A stretch of 64,000 nt of DNA from an uncultured Clostridium sp. (GCA_946409935.1 CAMJYG010000002.1:8202-72201); one strand, 5' to 3'; counted from the first letter of the stretch, positions 1 through 10,085 are shown. The notes: generated by a model from the sequence alone, not told the origin. Program-made: numbers and translations.

Positions 1-403
1 AAAATCCTAATAAAGTTACTAATGCTGTTGTTATATGAGGATTTCCAAAAAAGCTTAATATTCCAAAATACATAAATGTACAAATTTCCGTAATAACAAC
101 TATTAAAGTAGCTGCTATAAATTTACCTAAAACAACTTTAGTTATATTAAGTGGAGATGTTAATAAAATTTGCTCTGTACCACTTTTTCTTTCTTCTGCT
201 ATTGTTCTCATAGTAAGTATTGGAACAATAAATGTTAATATTGTTGCTCCAGAATAAAATATGTATTCAAAATTTGTACTTTGATAATTAAAAACATCTA
301 TATAGAAAAATATACTAAACATAATTAAAAATAATCCTATAAATACATATCCTATTGGAGAATAAAAATATGATTTAAATTCTTTTTTTATAACTGCCCA
401 CAT
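1..403 (-). CDS. ABC-2 type transporter permease (5' part, runs off window start)
   Basis: Not in the ORF track because it leaves the window. A reverse-strand ATG at 403..401 lies one base after the stop of the upstream ATPase. My translation MWAVIKKEFKSYFYSPIGYVF... is hydrophobic and multi-TM. Confidence 0.75.
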   Translation of the reverse strand, partial: MWAVIKKEFKSYFYSPIGYVFIGLFLIMFSIFFYIDVFNYQSTNFEYIFYSGATILTFIVPILTMRTIAEERKSGTEQILLTSPLNITKVVLGKFIAATLIVVITEICTFMYFGILSFFGNPHITTALVTLLGF

Positions 404-404
404 C

Positions 405-1346
405 TTAATTATTTCCTCCTTCTATTAATTTCATAAAAGCATCCTCTAATGTACTATCTGCTTTTTTCATTTCAAATATTGTAATATTCTCTTTCGCAAA
501 TTCTGCAAAAATAGTTTTCCTTAAGTCGATATCTCCATTTGCTTCTATTGAATATTGCTTTGTTCCATCATCATTCTTTTCTATTAATTTGATATCTTTT
601 ATTTCTTTTATCTTTCCCTTTAATTTTTCAACTTTATCTTCTGTGTCTTCTACTGTTACATATATGCAATTATTAGATGTAACTTTATTTTCAAGGTTTT
701 GTGGTGTATCAACTGCTACTATTTTCCCTTTATTTATAATAATTACTTTATTACATATTTGACTTACTTCAGATAATATATGTGAACTTAAAATAACTGT
801 ATGTGTTTTCCCAAGCTCTTTTATTAAACTTCTAATTTCCGTAATTTGTTTTGGGTCAAGACCTACTGTTGGTTCATCTAAAATTAATATTTTAGGCTCT
901 CCAACTAATGCTCCTGCCATACTAACTCTTTGTTTATATCCTCTTGATAAATTTTTAGTTAACTTGTTTTGTACATCTTTTAAACCTGTTTGTTCAATTA
1001 TTTTTTGAACTTTCTCTTTTCTTTCTTTAGAATTTACTTGCTTTATCTCCGCCATATATGTTACAAATTCTTTTACTGTTAAATCTGTATATAATGGTAC
1101 TCCTTCTGGCATATATCCTATTTCTTTTTTAGCTTTTTTTGGTTTTCTTGACATATCAAAACCATCAATTATTATTTCTCCTTGTGTTGGTTCAATAAAT
1201 CCTGTTATCATATTCATTGTTGTACTTTTACCAGCACCATTTGGACCAAGTAAGCCTACAATTTCGCCTTCTTTAATTGTGAAGCTAATATCATCTACGG
1301 CTACTGCTTTTCCATACTTTTTTGTAACATTTTTAACTTCAATCAC
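405..1346 (-). CDS. ABC transporter ATP-binding protein
   Basis: Walker A GPNGAGKST, signature LSRGYKQR, Walker B ILILDEPTVGLD. GTG start with an AGGAGG SD. Confidence 0.95.
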   Translation of the reverse strand: MIEVKNVTKKYGKAVAVDDISFTIKEGEIVGLLGPNGAGKSTTMNMITGFIEPTQGEIIIDGFDMSRKPKKAKKEIGYMPEGVPLYTDLTVKEFVTYMAEIKQVNSKERKEKVQKIIEQTGLKDVQNKLTKNLSRGYKQRVSMAGALVGEPKILILDEPTVGLDPKQITEIRSLIKELGKTHTVILSSHILSEVSQICNKVIIINKGKIVAVDTPQNLENKVTSNNCIYVTVEDTEDKVEKLKGKIKEIKDIKLIEKNDDGTKQYSIEANGDIDLRKTIFAEFAKENITIFEMKKADSTLEDAFMKLIEGGNN

Positions 1347-1459
1347 AAAAAATTCCTCCTTTTAAAACCTTATAATCATTTAATCCCTAACATAGTATCA
1401 TTTTATACTTTCAATGTAAAGCATTTCACAAAAAATTCACATATTTAATATAAAACCCC

Positions 1460-1488
1460 TTGACACCCTCAACTTTTTATGCTATTAT
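1460..1488 (+). promoter_or_regulatory. sigma-A type promoter for tRNA-Arg
   Basis: TTGACA (1460-1465), 17 nt spacer, TATTAT (1483-1488), about 20 nt upstream of the tRNA. Confidence 0.7.
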
Positions 1489-1509
1489 AGTTATTGTTAT
1501 TTAGCAAAT

Positions 1510-1586
<77 letters not shown>

Positions 1587-1630
1587 TAACAGTCTTATAC
1601 GAACCCGTAGTAGTATGAGAATTAAAAAAA

Positions 1631-1660
1631 ATAATATCAGTTTTAAGCTGATATTATTTT
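1631..1660. terminator. bidirectional Rho-independent terminator
   Basis: Hairpin ATAATATCAG-TTTTAAG-CTGATATTAT flanked by an A-run and a T-run. Confidence 0.7.
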
Positions 1661-1661
1661 T

Positions 1662-1983
1662 TTATTTTAAATTTTCTGGGTTTAATGGTTTTAATTCTTC
1701 CAATACAAATCTACCATCTTTTCTAATTAATATATCATCAAAATATATTTCCCCTCCGCCATATTCAGCTGTTTGAATACAAACTATATCCCAGTGTATA
1801 TTTGATCTATTTCCATTATCACTTTCTGCTAATGCTGTTTCAGGAGTAAAATGAAAACTACCTGAAACTTTTTCGTCAAATAATGTATCTCCCATTGTAT
1901 TTTTCACATATGGATTAAGTCCAAATGCAAATTCTCCAATATATCTTGCTCCTTCATCTGTATCTAATATTTGTCTCCTTTTC
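1662..1983 (-). pseudogene. C-terminal remnant (about 105 codons) of an M29 (AmpS/PepS-type) aminopeptidase
   Basis: The frame is open from 1983 with no start. It reads ...[37 protein letters not shown]...SNIHWDIV...GGEIYFDD, which matches the conserved C-terminus of the family. The N-terminal two thirds are absent. Confidence 0.75.
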
Positions 1984-3183
1984 TTAACTATTTCCTAATA
2001 AAAATTTTTCTATATTCAAATGAATAATTCCATTTTGACTATAATCAATTTTATCCATCGTTATTACATACTTTGGATAATTATCTTTTACATAATCAAA
2101 TGCACCAAATTCTCTTTTTATTACTTCGTCACTTGATAAATAGTCTGCTACTTGTATATATTCTCTTTCCCCAAATTTATCAATAACAAAATCAACTTCT
2201 CCCTTTTCTGTCTTTCCTATATATACATCATAACCTCTTGCTATTAATTCATTATATACAATATTTTCTAATCTCCCACCTGTTTTCTTTTCTATTGGTG
2301 AACTCTTTAAAGTTAGTAATCCTAAATCTGTTAAATAATATTTTTCAAGTGTCGCCATTACACTTTTACCTCTGATATCATATCTATTAACTTTATTAAA
2401 AATAGATGATGTAGTTATATATTCAATATAATTCATTACAGTATCAACTGATGTACTTATTTTTTCATTTTTTAAATATCCAGCTATTGAATTAGAAGAT
2501 AGTATTCCTCCAACATTTTCCATCATAAATTGTATAATTCTATTTAATAAATTTATATCTTTTATACTGTTTCTTTCTACTATATCTTTTAATATGATTG
2601 CATTATATAAATCTCTTAAATACATTTTTCTCTCTATCTCGCTATTAGTATTATATATTAATGGCATTCCTCCCCATTCAATATATTCTTCTAATGCTTT
2701 TTCGGTTATTTCTTCATTTTTTGATTTTTTTAATTCTAAAAATTCTGAATATGTAAATGGCATCATTTTTATACTAATAAATCTTCCCGTTAGTACTGTT
2801 GCTAATTCTCCTGAAAGTAATTTACTATTTGATCCGGTAATAAAAATACTAACATCCATGGTTGCTCTAAATGAGTTTATAACTCTTTCAAAATCTTTTA
2901 CATTTTGAATTTCATCAAAAAACAAATAATATTTACGGTTATCTTTTATTTTCTCTTTTACATATTTATTAAATTCTTTGGCTTCTGTATATTCTATAAA
3001 ATCGTAGTCTTCAAAATTTATATATATTATATGATCTTCTTTTATACCTTTTTGTTTTATTTCTTCCATTATTTGATGTAACAATACAGATTTCCCACAT
3101 CTTCTTATTCCCATAATTACTTTAATAAGCTCGCTATCATAAGAATCTCTTATTTTTTTTAAATATAATTCCCTCTTTATCAT
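1984..3183 (-). CDS. AAA ATPase with C-terminal DUF4143/PD-(D/E)xK-like domain
   Basis: Walker A GIRRCGKS, Walker [10 protein letters not shown]-terminal motif GEVDFVI...YIQVAD. Paralog of 25384..26613. SD AGAGGTGA. Confidence 0.85.
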   Translation of the reverse strand: MIKRELYLKKIRDSYDSELIKVIMGIRRCGKSVLLHQIMEEIKQKGIKEDHIIYINFEDYDFIEYTEAKEFNKYVKEKIKDNRKYYLFFDEIQNVKDFERVINSFRATMDVSIFITGSNSKLLSGELATVLTGRFISIKMMPFTYSEFLELKKSKNEEITEKALEEYIEWGGMPLIYNTNSEIERKMYLRDLYNAIILKDIVERNSIKDINLLNRIIQFMMENVGGILSSNSIAGYLKNEKISTSVDTVMNYIEYITTSSIFNKVNRYDIRGKSVMATLEKYYLTDLGLLTLKSSPIEKKTGGRLENIVYNELIARGYDVYIGKTEKGEVDFVIDKFGEREYIQVADYLSSDEVIKREFGAFDYVKDNYPKYVITMDKIDYSQNGIIHLNIEKFLLGNS

Positions 3184-3440
3184 TAATTTTCACCTCTTGA
3201 TTTATTATAGCATATTATTATTCAGAAGTAAAATTTTTCTGTCTACATTCTAAAAACTTTTTATTTTTTTATCTTTTTCGACTAAATATAGAATTTTATA
3301 ATAGATTCCTAAATAAAATAATAAAATTTCGTATTTGTTAAGTTTCGGTTCAATATAAAATTTTTACAAAGAATTGCATTAACATGAAATATTTTAGCAC
3401 CAAAAAAGTGTATTAGAAAAAGGAAGGTTTTTATGCCTTC

Positions 3441-3971
3441 CTAAAATTTATATTTATATCTTTCCGAAATTTTTTGTAAAGTTTGAGTTTCTAACGCATT
3501 AGTATTTATTTTTGATAAATATTTTTCTAAAAATTTTTTTCCAATTTTAAAATGTTTCATTTCAAAATATAAAATAAATAGTATAAAATTAAGCATGTTT
3601 TTTGTTTCTAATTCAGGAATTTTTTTTATTAATAAAATCAATTCATTAAGATCATATTTTTCATTAAACGCTAAAAACATTTTATCTAATATTTCTTGTT
3701 CAGATTCATTTTCATAGGCAGCTATTATTGCATCATAATATCTCCATTTTTCATCACCTATGTTATCTTTATATTCCTTTATCAAATTTTTTATTTTTGT
3801 TATTTTTCTTCCATTATAAAAATAACAAATGCCTAATTCTTTATAGTAAAACGGAGTTTGAATCGTTTTATATATATTTGACTTTATAAGAATTTTCTGA
3901 ATTTGTTTGTAATCTATTTTTTTATTTTCAGATATTTTATTTATTTTTTTAATACATGAAATATAACACAT
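3441..3971 (-). CDS. hypothetical protein (start uncertain, no SD)
   Basis: 176-aa ORF. Its frame stays open 30 codons upstream and overlaps the end of the preceding ORF. Confidence 0.5.
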   Translation of the reverse strand: MCYISCIKKINKISENKKIDYKQIQKILIKSNIYKTIQTPFYYKELGICYFYNGRKITKIKNLIKEYKDNIGDEKWRYYDAIIAAYENESEQEILDKMFLAFNEKYDLNELILLIKKIPELETKNMLNFILFILYFEMKHFKIGKKFLEKYLSKINTNALETQTLQKISERYKYKF

Positions 3972-4017
3972 TTCATTTATATGTTCTAATAGAAAATCTT
4001 TATTAACATCATTCGTA

Positions 4018-4758
4018 TTATTCTTTAATGCAGTTATAAGTTTTTCTCCGATTTTTTATTGTATCATCATAGTTGCCAGTTATAAATAAATGTAATTCTA
4101 TATATAAATAAAATGAAATATTATATATTTGATAATTAAGTAAATTATATGTTTCAAGTATATTTTGATTAGAATATTTATAGTCAGAAAATTTTTGTGT
4201 TAAACTTTCAATGTCAAACTTTAGCTTTTTTCGTATCCTTCTGCTAAATTTTGATTTATCAAATGAATAATTAATATCGATAACATAGTCTGTCCTACTA
4301 TCAATTATATTAGATTTTATTTTAAACTCTAATAATAGTGCACAATTACTTTTCTTTAATAAAATATCATCAGAAAATTTCAAGCTTCTTTTTGTAGCCT
4401 TATAAGGAATTATATGATATTTAAAATATGAAGTTTTATTTTTAGTGTATATGATTAATTCAGTAATAAATTTTTGATAAAATTCATTATAATCATCTTC
4501 ATTGTTAGTTATTATTCTGACTAATATATCTTTTTTTGTATTAGAACGTGGAATTTTTTTTTCAGATATTATTAATATAATATAAATAAAAAAAAGCGTT
4601 AATATGCAAAAAATAATAAAAATATTTTTTATATTATTATTTATATCAATATTTGTAATTATAACTAATAATAGTACTATAAATAATAATAATATTCCCA
4701 ATAGATTTCCACTATTTTTTTTTATAATTTTTACTACAAAATCTATAAATTCACTCAT
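4018..4758 (-). CDS. membrane protein, two N-terminal TM helices plus a cytoplasmic domain
   Basis: Internal ATG at 4758 is preceded by AAGAGGAGG. The hydrophobic N-terminus reads LLGILLLFIVLLLVIIT / IFIIFCILTLFFIYIILII. Confidence 0.65.
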   Translation of the reverse strand: MSEFIDFVVKIIKKNSGNLLGILLLFIVLLLVIITNIDINNNIKNIFIIFCILTLFFIYIILIISEKKIPRSNTKKDILVRIITNNEDDYNEFYQKFITELIIYTKNKTSYFKYHIIPYKATKRSLKFSDDILLKKSNCALLLEFKIKSNIIDSRTDYVIDINYSFDKSKFSRRIRKKLKFDIESLTQKFSDYKYSNQNILETYNLLNYQIYNISFYLYIELHLFITGNYDDTIKNRRKTYNCIKE

Positions 4759-4883
4759 ATTGCCTCCTCTTTTTATATTAATGTTACTAATATTCAAATA
4801 ATAGCATAAAAATGCATAATTATCAATAACTGCATAAAAATAATAAAAACTTATCATTTTCATTTTGATAAGTTTTTTTATTT

Positions 4884-5567
4884 CTATATTTGATTTTCAT
4901 TTATTTTTTTCACTTTATTTTCTAGCTTTAAGTATTCTATAAACTCTACTATAAGTACAAGAATAAAACTTCCAAAAAGCCATTTGGCAACATTGATAAA
5001 ATATACATCAAAACCTTTAGGTAAAAATTCTATTTTTGAAATTATACCATATATTGCAAAATCAAATAATTCAAATTTTAACTTCTTTAATATATATTTT
5101 ATTCTCTCTTTTTTACCATCTTTAGTCTGTTTCATATTAATAATAATATTATTTTTTTCTTTAAAATATAATTTTATCGATAACAAGAAAAATATAAATA
5201 ATATACCTACAACTAAAATAGATGTTACAACAATTATATTTTCATTTGAAGTTAATTGTTCTATAAACGATTGTATTGAAAAAAATATTGGAAATAATAA
5301 AACAATAACAGCTATTATAAAATATCCTATATCATTCATCTTTTTGTTTATTTTAGATTCTTTTTTTGTTTCAATATCTCCAACTAAACTATCCATAGTA
5401 ACTCCAAATAAATCCGCCATTTGTTTTAAATTATCTATATCAGGAAGTGATTGACCACTCTCCCATTTTGTTACAGCTTGTCTTGATACATTTAATTTCT
5501 CTGCTAGATTTTCTTGTGTTAATTTTGATTCTTTTCTTAAATATTTTAAATTTTCATTAAATTTCAT
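4884..5567 (-). CDS. XRE-family HTH protein with C-terminal transmembrane region
   Basis: LTQENLAEKLNVSRQAVTKWESGQSLPD HTH_3 motif followed by about 4 TM helices. The second ATG is chosen for SD spacing. Confidence 0.85.
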   Translation of the reverse strand: MKFNENLKYLRKESKLTQENLAEKLNVSRQAVTKWESGQSLPDIDNLKQMADLFGVTMDSLVGDIETKKESKINKKMNDIGYFIIAVIVLLFPIFFSIQSFIEQLTSNENIIVVTSILVVGILFIFFLLSIKLYFKEKNNIIINMKQTKDGKKERIKYILKKLKFELFDFAIYGIISKIEFLPKGFDVYFINVAKWLFGSFILVLIVEFIEYLKLENKVKKINENQI

Positions 5568-6098
5568 AATAAATTTCATTCCTTTCTTTATTTCTATAAC
5601 AACTTATATCGTTATAAATTTTTATTCTTTTATTAATATTTTTATTTAAATTATATATTTTAAAGTCACAAATTTCAATAACTAATGTAGAATACTAGCT
5701 ACAAGTTAATGCTTTAATATTAACATTTTATTTTGCTTTTATAATCTAAAGTATTAACTAGTAACAAATAATAATTATACTTTAAATTAAAACTTGAATT
5801 TGACTATGTAATAATATAAAATTAATAGCACAAATTGTAATTACCTTCAATTTCATCAACTCCTTATGTTTTATTATAAAGTTTTTGATAAAAATTTAAA
5901 TAAACTATTGTTTACATTTATGCTACTATTAGTTGCATCGTCCATTTTTACATTAAATTAAATCTAAATGAATAAAAAAACTTTAAATAATTATACTTTA
6001 TGTAGTATTAAAAATTTACATAGTATATTTTTTTATTTATAATAAAAGAAACACTTTATTATATAACTTTATTCTTTAGAGGGGAATGATAGTAAAAA

Positions 6099-8714
6099 AT
6101 GAAAAAGCTTGAAAATGAAAATATAAAAAATTTAGAAAAATCAATTATAGATAATAGCAAATTAGAAATAAATAAACTTTTTAAAAAATATGAAACATCA
6201 CTAGATGGAATAAGCGTTGTTTTTGTAGATGATAAAATCGAAAAATACGGAAAAAATATAATAGATTTAAAAGAAAATAATACACTTTTTCATAGAATAA
6301 AAGAAGCATTTATAAATCCATTTAATATTGTTTTAACAATTGTTGCTATAATTACATTTATAACAGATGTTGTAATAGCAACTCAAAAAGATTATGCTAC
6401 TTTTATTTTAATTGTAAGTACAGTATTAATTTCAGCTATTATATCTTTTAATGAGCAAACCAAATCAGATAATGCTGCTAAGAAATTGAAAAAAATGATT
6501 ACAAACAATATGGAAGTAATACGAGATGGAAATCAAATTACTGTTGATATTGAAAATATTGTACCAGGTGATATCGTCAAATTATCTTCTGGCGATATGA
6601 TTCCTGGAGATGTTAGATTTATTGAAACAAAGGACTTGTTTGTCGACCAAGCTTCTTTAACTGGTGAATCAAATCCTGTAGAAAAATTTTCGGTATTAAA
6701 AGAATTTGAGACAATAACAGATATTTCTAATATAGGTTTTTTAGGTACAAATATTGTAAGTGGCAGTAGTACCGCTATTGTTTTAGCAACTGGAAATGAT
6801 ACATACTTAGGAAGTATGGCAAAATCATTATACAGCGTAAATGAAAAAAATAGCTTTGAAAAAGGAATTGATGATATAACTAAAATTCTAATTAAATTTA
6901 TGATTATATTAGTTCCTATAGTATTAGTGGTAAATTATTTTTCTGTTGGAGATATTTGGGCTTCATTAATTTTTGCAATTACAATTGCAGTTGGTTTAAC
7001 ACCAGAAATGCTTCCAGTAATAACAACATCTACATTAGCCAAAGGTGCGACTGAAATGTCAAAGAAAAAAACAATAGTAAAAAGGTTAAGTAGTATTCAA
7101 ACATTTGGGCAGATGAATATTTTATGTACTGATAAAACAGGAACTTTAACAGAAGATAAAGTTATTTTAGAAAAATACATGGATGTATCAGGAAAAGAAA
7201 GTCTAAGAATTTTAAAACATGCATTCCTGAATAGCTATTTTCAAACCGGATTGAAAAATTTAATTGATACTGCAATTATTTCAAGAGCTGAAAAAGAAAA
7301 CCTTAATATTTTAAAAGAACAATATATTAGAGAAGATGAAATACCTTTTGATTTTTCCAGAAGAAGAATGAGTGTTGTTTTAAGAGATGAAAATGGAAAA
7401 AGGCAATTAATAACAAAAGGTGCGGTTGATGAAGTTCTTTCAATTTGTTCGTATATTGATTTTGACGGTAACGCAATAGAATTAACCAGCGAATTAAGAA
7501 AGAAAGCATACCAAATATATGAAGAAAATAATAAAAATGGCTTAAGAGTACTTGCTGTTGCACAAAAAAATGAAATTCATGACGTAAATACCTTTGGAAT
7601 ACAAGATGAAAGTAATATGGTTTTAATAGGATTTGTAGGATTTTTAGACCCACCAAAGGAATCAGCAAAAGGTGCTATTGAAATTTTAAAAAAATATGGC
7701 GTAGATACTGTTGTTCTTACAGGAGATAGTGAAGGAGTTGCAATTAAAGTGTGTCAAAAAGTTGGCATCGATACAAAAAATGCACTTTCTGGCAAAGATA
7801 TAGATAATATATCAGACGAAGAATTAAAAGAAAAAGTAAAAAATTGTCATTTATTTTCTAAACTATCTCCTTTACAAAAACAAAGGGTAGTTAGAATCTT
7901 CCAAGAAAACGGAAATACTGTAGGATATATGGGAGATGGAATTAATGATAGTCCACCATTAAAACAATCAGATGTTGGAATTTCAGTAGATACAGCAGTC
8001 GATATTGCAAAAGAAACTGCAGACATTATTCTTCTTGAAAAAGATTTAAATGTTTTAGAAGAAGGCGTAATAAATGGAAGAAAAACATTTACAAATCTAT
8101 TAAAATATATAAAAATGGCTACAAGCGGAAATTTTGGAAATATGATTTCTGTAATTATTGCAAGTATTTTTTTACCTTTTTTGCCAATGCTTCCTGTTCA
8201 CATTTTAATACAAAATTTGCTTAATGATTTTGCACAAATTGGAATGCCTTATGATAATGTAGATAATGAATACATTAGTCATCCTAAAACCTGGAATACA
8301 GACGGAATAAAAAAGTTTATGTTTAACTTTGGTTTAATTAGTACCGCATTAGATTTATTATGTTTTATAGTTTTATGGTTTGTATTTGGTTTTAATACTA
8401 TAGAAAAGTCAGTAATGTTTCAAAGTGGTTGGTTTGTATTTGGAATATTATCACAAACTTTAATAATTCACTTAATTAGAACAAATAAAATGCCATTTAT
8501 AGAAAGTAAATCTTCTAAGCAATTGTTAATTTCAACCTTTGCTGTAGTTGTAGCTACTATGCTTATTGCCTTTTCAAATATTTCTGTTATTTTTGACTTA
8601 AATAAATTACCTTATAGTTATATTTTATGGATTATTATATTAATGATAATATATATATTATTTATTCAAATTTATAAAAAAATTTATATAAGAAGTAACA
8701 GAGATTGGCTATAG
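6099..8714 (+). CDS. mgtA: Mg2+-importing P-type ATPase
   Basis: 871 aa. Motifs TGES, CTDKTGTLT phosphorylation site, TGDS, GDGINDSP. MgtA-type length and N-terminus. Confidence 0.9.
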   Translation: MKKLENENIKNLEKSIIDNSKLEINKLFKKYETSLDGISVVFVDDKIEKYGKNIIDLKENNTLFHRIKEAFINPFNIVLTIVAIITFITDVVIATQKDYATFILIVSTVLISAIISFNEQTKSDNAAKKLKKMITNNMEVIRDGNQITVDIENIVPGDIVKLSSGDMIPGDVRFIETKDLFVDQASLTGESNPVEKFSVLKEFETITDISNIGFLGTNIVSGSSTAIVLATGNDTYLGSMAKSLYSVNEKNSFEKGIDDITKILIKFMIILVPIVLVVNYFSVGDIWASLIFAITIAVGLTPEMLPVITTSTLAKGATEMSKKKTIVKRLSSIQTFGQMNILCTDKTGTLTEDKVILEKYMDVSGKESLRILKHAFLNSYFQTGLKNLIDTAIISRAEKENLNILKEQYIREDEIPFDFSRRRMSVVLRDENGKRQLITKGAVDEVLSICSYIDFDGNAIELTSELRKKAYQIYEENNKNGLRVLAVAQKNEIHDVNTFGIQDESNMVLIGFVGFLDPPKESAKGAIEILKKYGVDTVVLTGDSEGVAIKVCQKVGIDTKNALSGKDIDNISDEELKEKVKNCHLFSKLSPLQKQRVVRIFQENGNTVGYMGDGINDSPPLKQSDVGISVDTAVDIAKETADIILLEKDLNVLEEGVINGRKTFTNLLKYIKMATSGNFGNMISVIIASIFLPFLPMLPVHILIQNLLNDFAQIGMPYDNVDNEYISHPKTWNTDGIKKFMFNFGLISTALDLLCFIVLWFVFGFNTIEKSVMFQSGWFVFGILSQTLIIHLIRTNKMPFIESKSSKQLLISTFAVVVATMLIAFSNISVIFDLNKLPYSYILWIIILMIIYILFIQIYKKIYIRSNRDWL

Positions 8715-8980
8715 AGCAAATCGGAAAGCCAATAAATTTGTAGTATGTTATTTTAAACTATATATTTTAATTAGCAACATATTATAAATAGCAAGGCTTT
8801 CCGTAAATTTGTTCCCGTGCGAAATTTTCGTCTAGAAAATTTCTGTGCAACGCTTAGGGCGAAGCCCTTTTTATACAATAGGAAAGGATTACTTTACTTT
8901 GAAAATAAAAAATTTTATTTTCACTTCGAGTTGCGTAGCTACTTTTGAAGCTTCATAGGGTTTCCTATTGTATAAAAAAA
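8715..8980. repeat. modular palindromic intergenic repeat, family R1 (modules B-C-D-A')
   Basis: Shares AAATCGGAAAGC...GCTTTCCGTAAATTTGTT, GCGAAATTTTCG..GAAAATTTCTGTGCAA and CAATAGGAAA..TTTCCTATTG modules with 12226-12575, 52994-53197, 60747-60788 and 63679-63754. Confidence 0.9.
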
Positions 8981-9004
8981 CAGGTTGTATAAACCTGTTT
9001 TTTT
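8974..9004. terminator. bidirectional terminator between convergent genes
   Basis: A7-CAGGTT-GTATA-AACCTG-T8. Confidence 0.75.
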
Positions 9005-9722
9005 ATTCTAATATGAATTCAGCTAACTCATCATTATATGAATTTGTTTCATATTCTAGTGATATGCTTTTGCTATCTACTGGTACTTGGAAATATACTG
9101 ATGCTTTTATTTTCTTTCCACTAGACAATGTTGATGAAAAAGTACCATTTTCTACTGACCAAAAACTATCGCAATCATATCCATCTGCATAACATGAAAA
9201 ATAAGATGAAGAAACATATTTGTTTGAATTACCTACGTTTTCAATTTCAAAATCTGCTCTTATTATTTTATATCCATCTTTAATAGTTGCATATTTATTA
9301 TAGTCTGTAAAATTTAAATCCTTTGATAGAAATGTAATTGCAAGAGTATCATTTTCAAATTTATCACCTATATAATATTTTTTGTTTATATTCTTGTTTA
9401 AAACATCTGTGCTTGAACTATTGTTATAATAGCTGTTATTTTCAATTTCTCTTACAGCTTCTTCTGCTCTGTCCATTAAACCACTTTCAGAAATTCCAGC
9501 TAATAAACCTCCTATAATAAAAACATATATAATTGTTATTATTATTGCTAAAATTGATATAATAATTCCAGCTAAACTTTTTCCTCTGTCCATTCCCTTT
9601 GCTAAAGAAATAATACCAAAAATTATTGATAATATTGCAAATATAACAAAAAATGCTCCTGCTACTGGTATAAAACTCATTATAAGTGATATAATTCCTA
9701 AAACTAATGATGCAATACCCAT
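9003..9722 (-). CDS. membrane-anchored DUF4352-like protein
   Basis: N-terminal TM helices (SLVLGIISLIM motif). The C-terminal beta-rich domain ends ...KASVYFQVPVDSKSISLEYE. SD AAGGGGG. Confidence 0.75.
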   Translation of the reverse strand: MGIASLVLGIISLIMSFIPVAGAFFVIFAILSIIFGIISLAKGMDRGKSLAGIIISILAIIITIIYVFIIGGLLAGISESGLMDRAEEAVREIENNSYYNNSSSTDVLNKNINKKYYIGDKFENDTLAITFLSKDLNFTDYNKYATIKDGYKIIRADFEIENVGNSNKYVSSSYFSCYADGYDCDSFWSVENGTFSSTLSSGKKIKASVYFQVPVDSKSISLEYETNSYNDELAEFILE

Positions 9723-9801
9723 TTTAATTCCCCCTTTTCTTCATATTTCTTCATTATTATACAATATTTATCTTTTTTTTACAATCTTTTTGTTATAAAT
9801 T

Positions 9802-10085
9802 GTTACAATTCACAACCGGTTTCGTTACTGTTCACAGCCATGATTTTATTCTTAAATGTTAATATATAAATATTTTGAAAATAAATCGAATGCAAATGGA
9901 ATATTATTAGAAATTCTTATTTTAATAAAATGAGGGATGTTCATGGAAAAATCTGCAAGATTTTTAACATGAAAGAGGCTCATTTTATTAAATTAGAATT
10001 TCTTGAATATGTAATGCAACCGAGATTTTTTGAAAAATATTATATATTAACTTGAAGCAATGCAAAATCAGCTGTGAATTGTAAC
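9802..10085. repeat. long hairpin-forming palindromic element, family R2 (copy a)
   Basis: Terminal inverted repeats GTTACAATTCACA.../...GCTGTGAATTGTAAC. Internal arms TTAATATATAA.TATTTT.GAAAA pair. Homologous to 48360-48611. Confidence 0.85.

Noticed and set aside
2594-2908. Antisense or shadow ORFs inside longer genes. Examples: 2594..2908, 4604..4801, 4984..5454, 7327..7668, 10074..10544, 11247..11546, 12831..13475, 33183..33732, 35427..35699, 41143..41786, 45362..46027, 47561..47986, 57760..58842, 62125..63100.
   Set aside because: Each lies wholly within a longer ORF on the other strand or frame that has recognisable motifs. They lack an SD, and their low-complexity I/L/F/K-rich composition is expected from AT-rich antisense DNA.
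5580-6098. Possible Mg2+ (M-box) riboswitch in the long leader upstream of mgtA
   Set aside because: The 520-nt region is almost pure A/T. I could not find the GC-containing conserved M-box helices. It cannot be excluded without a covariance-model scan.
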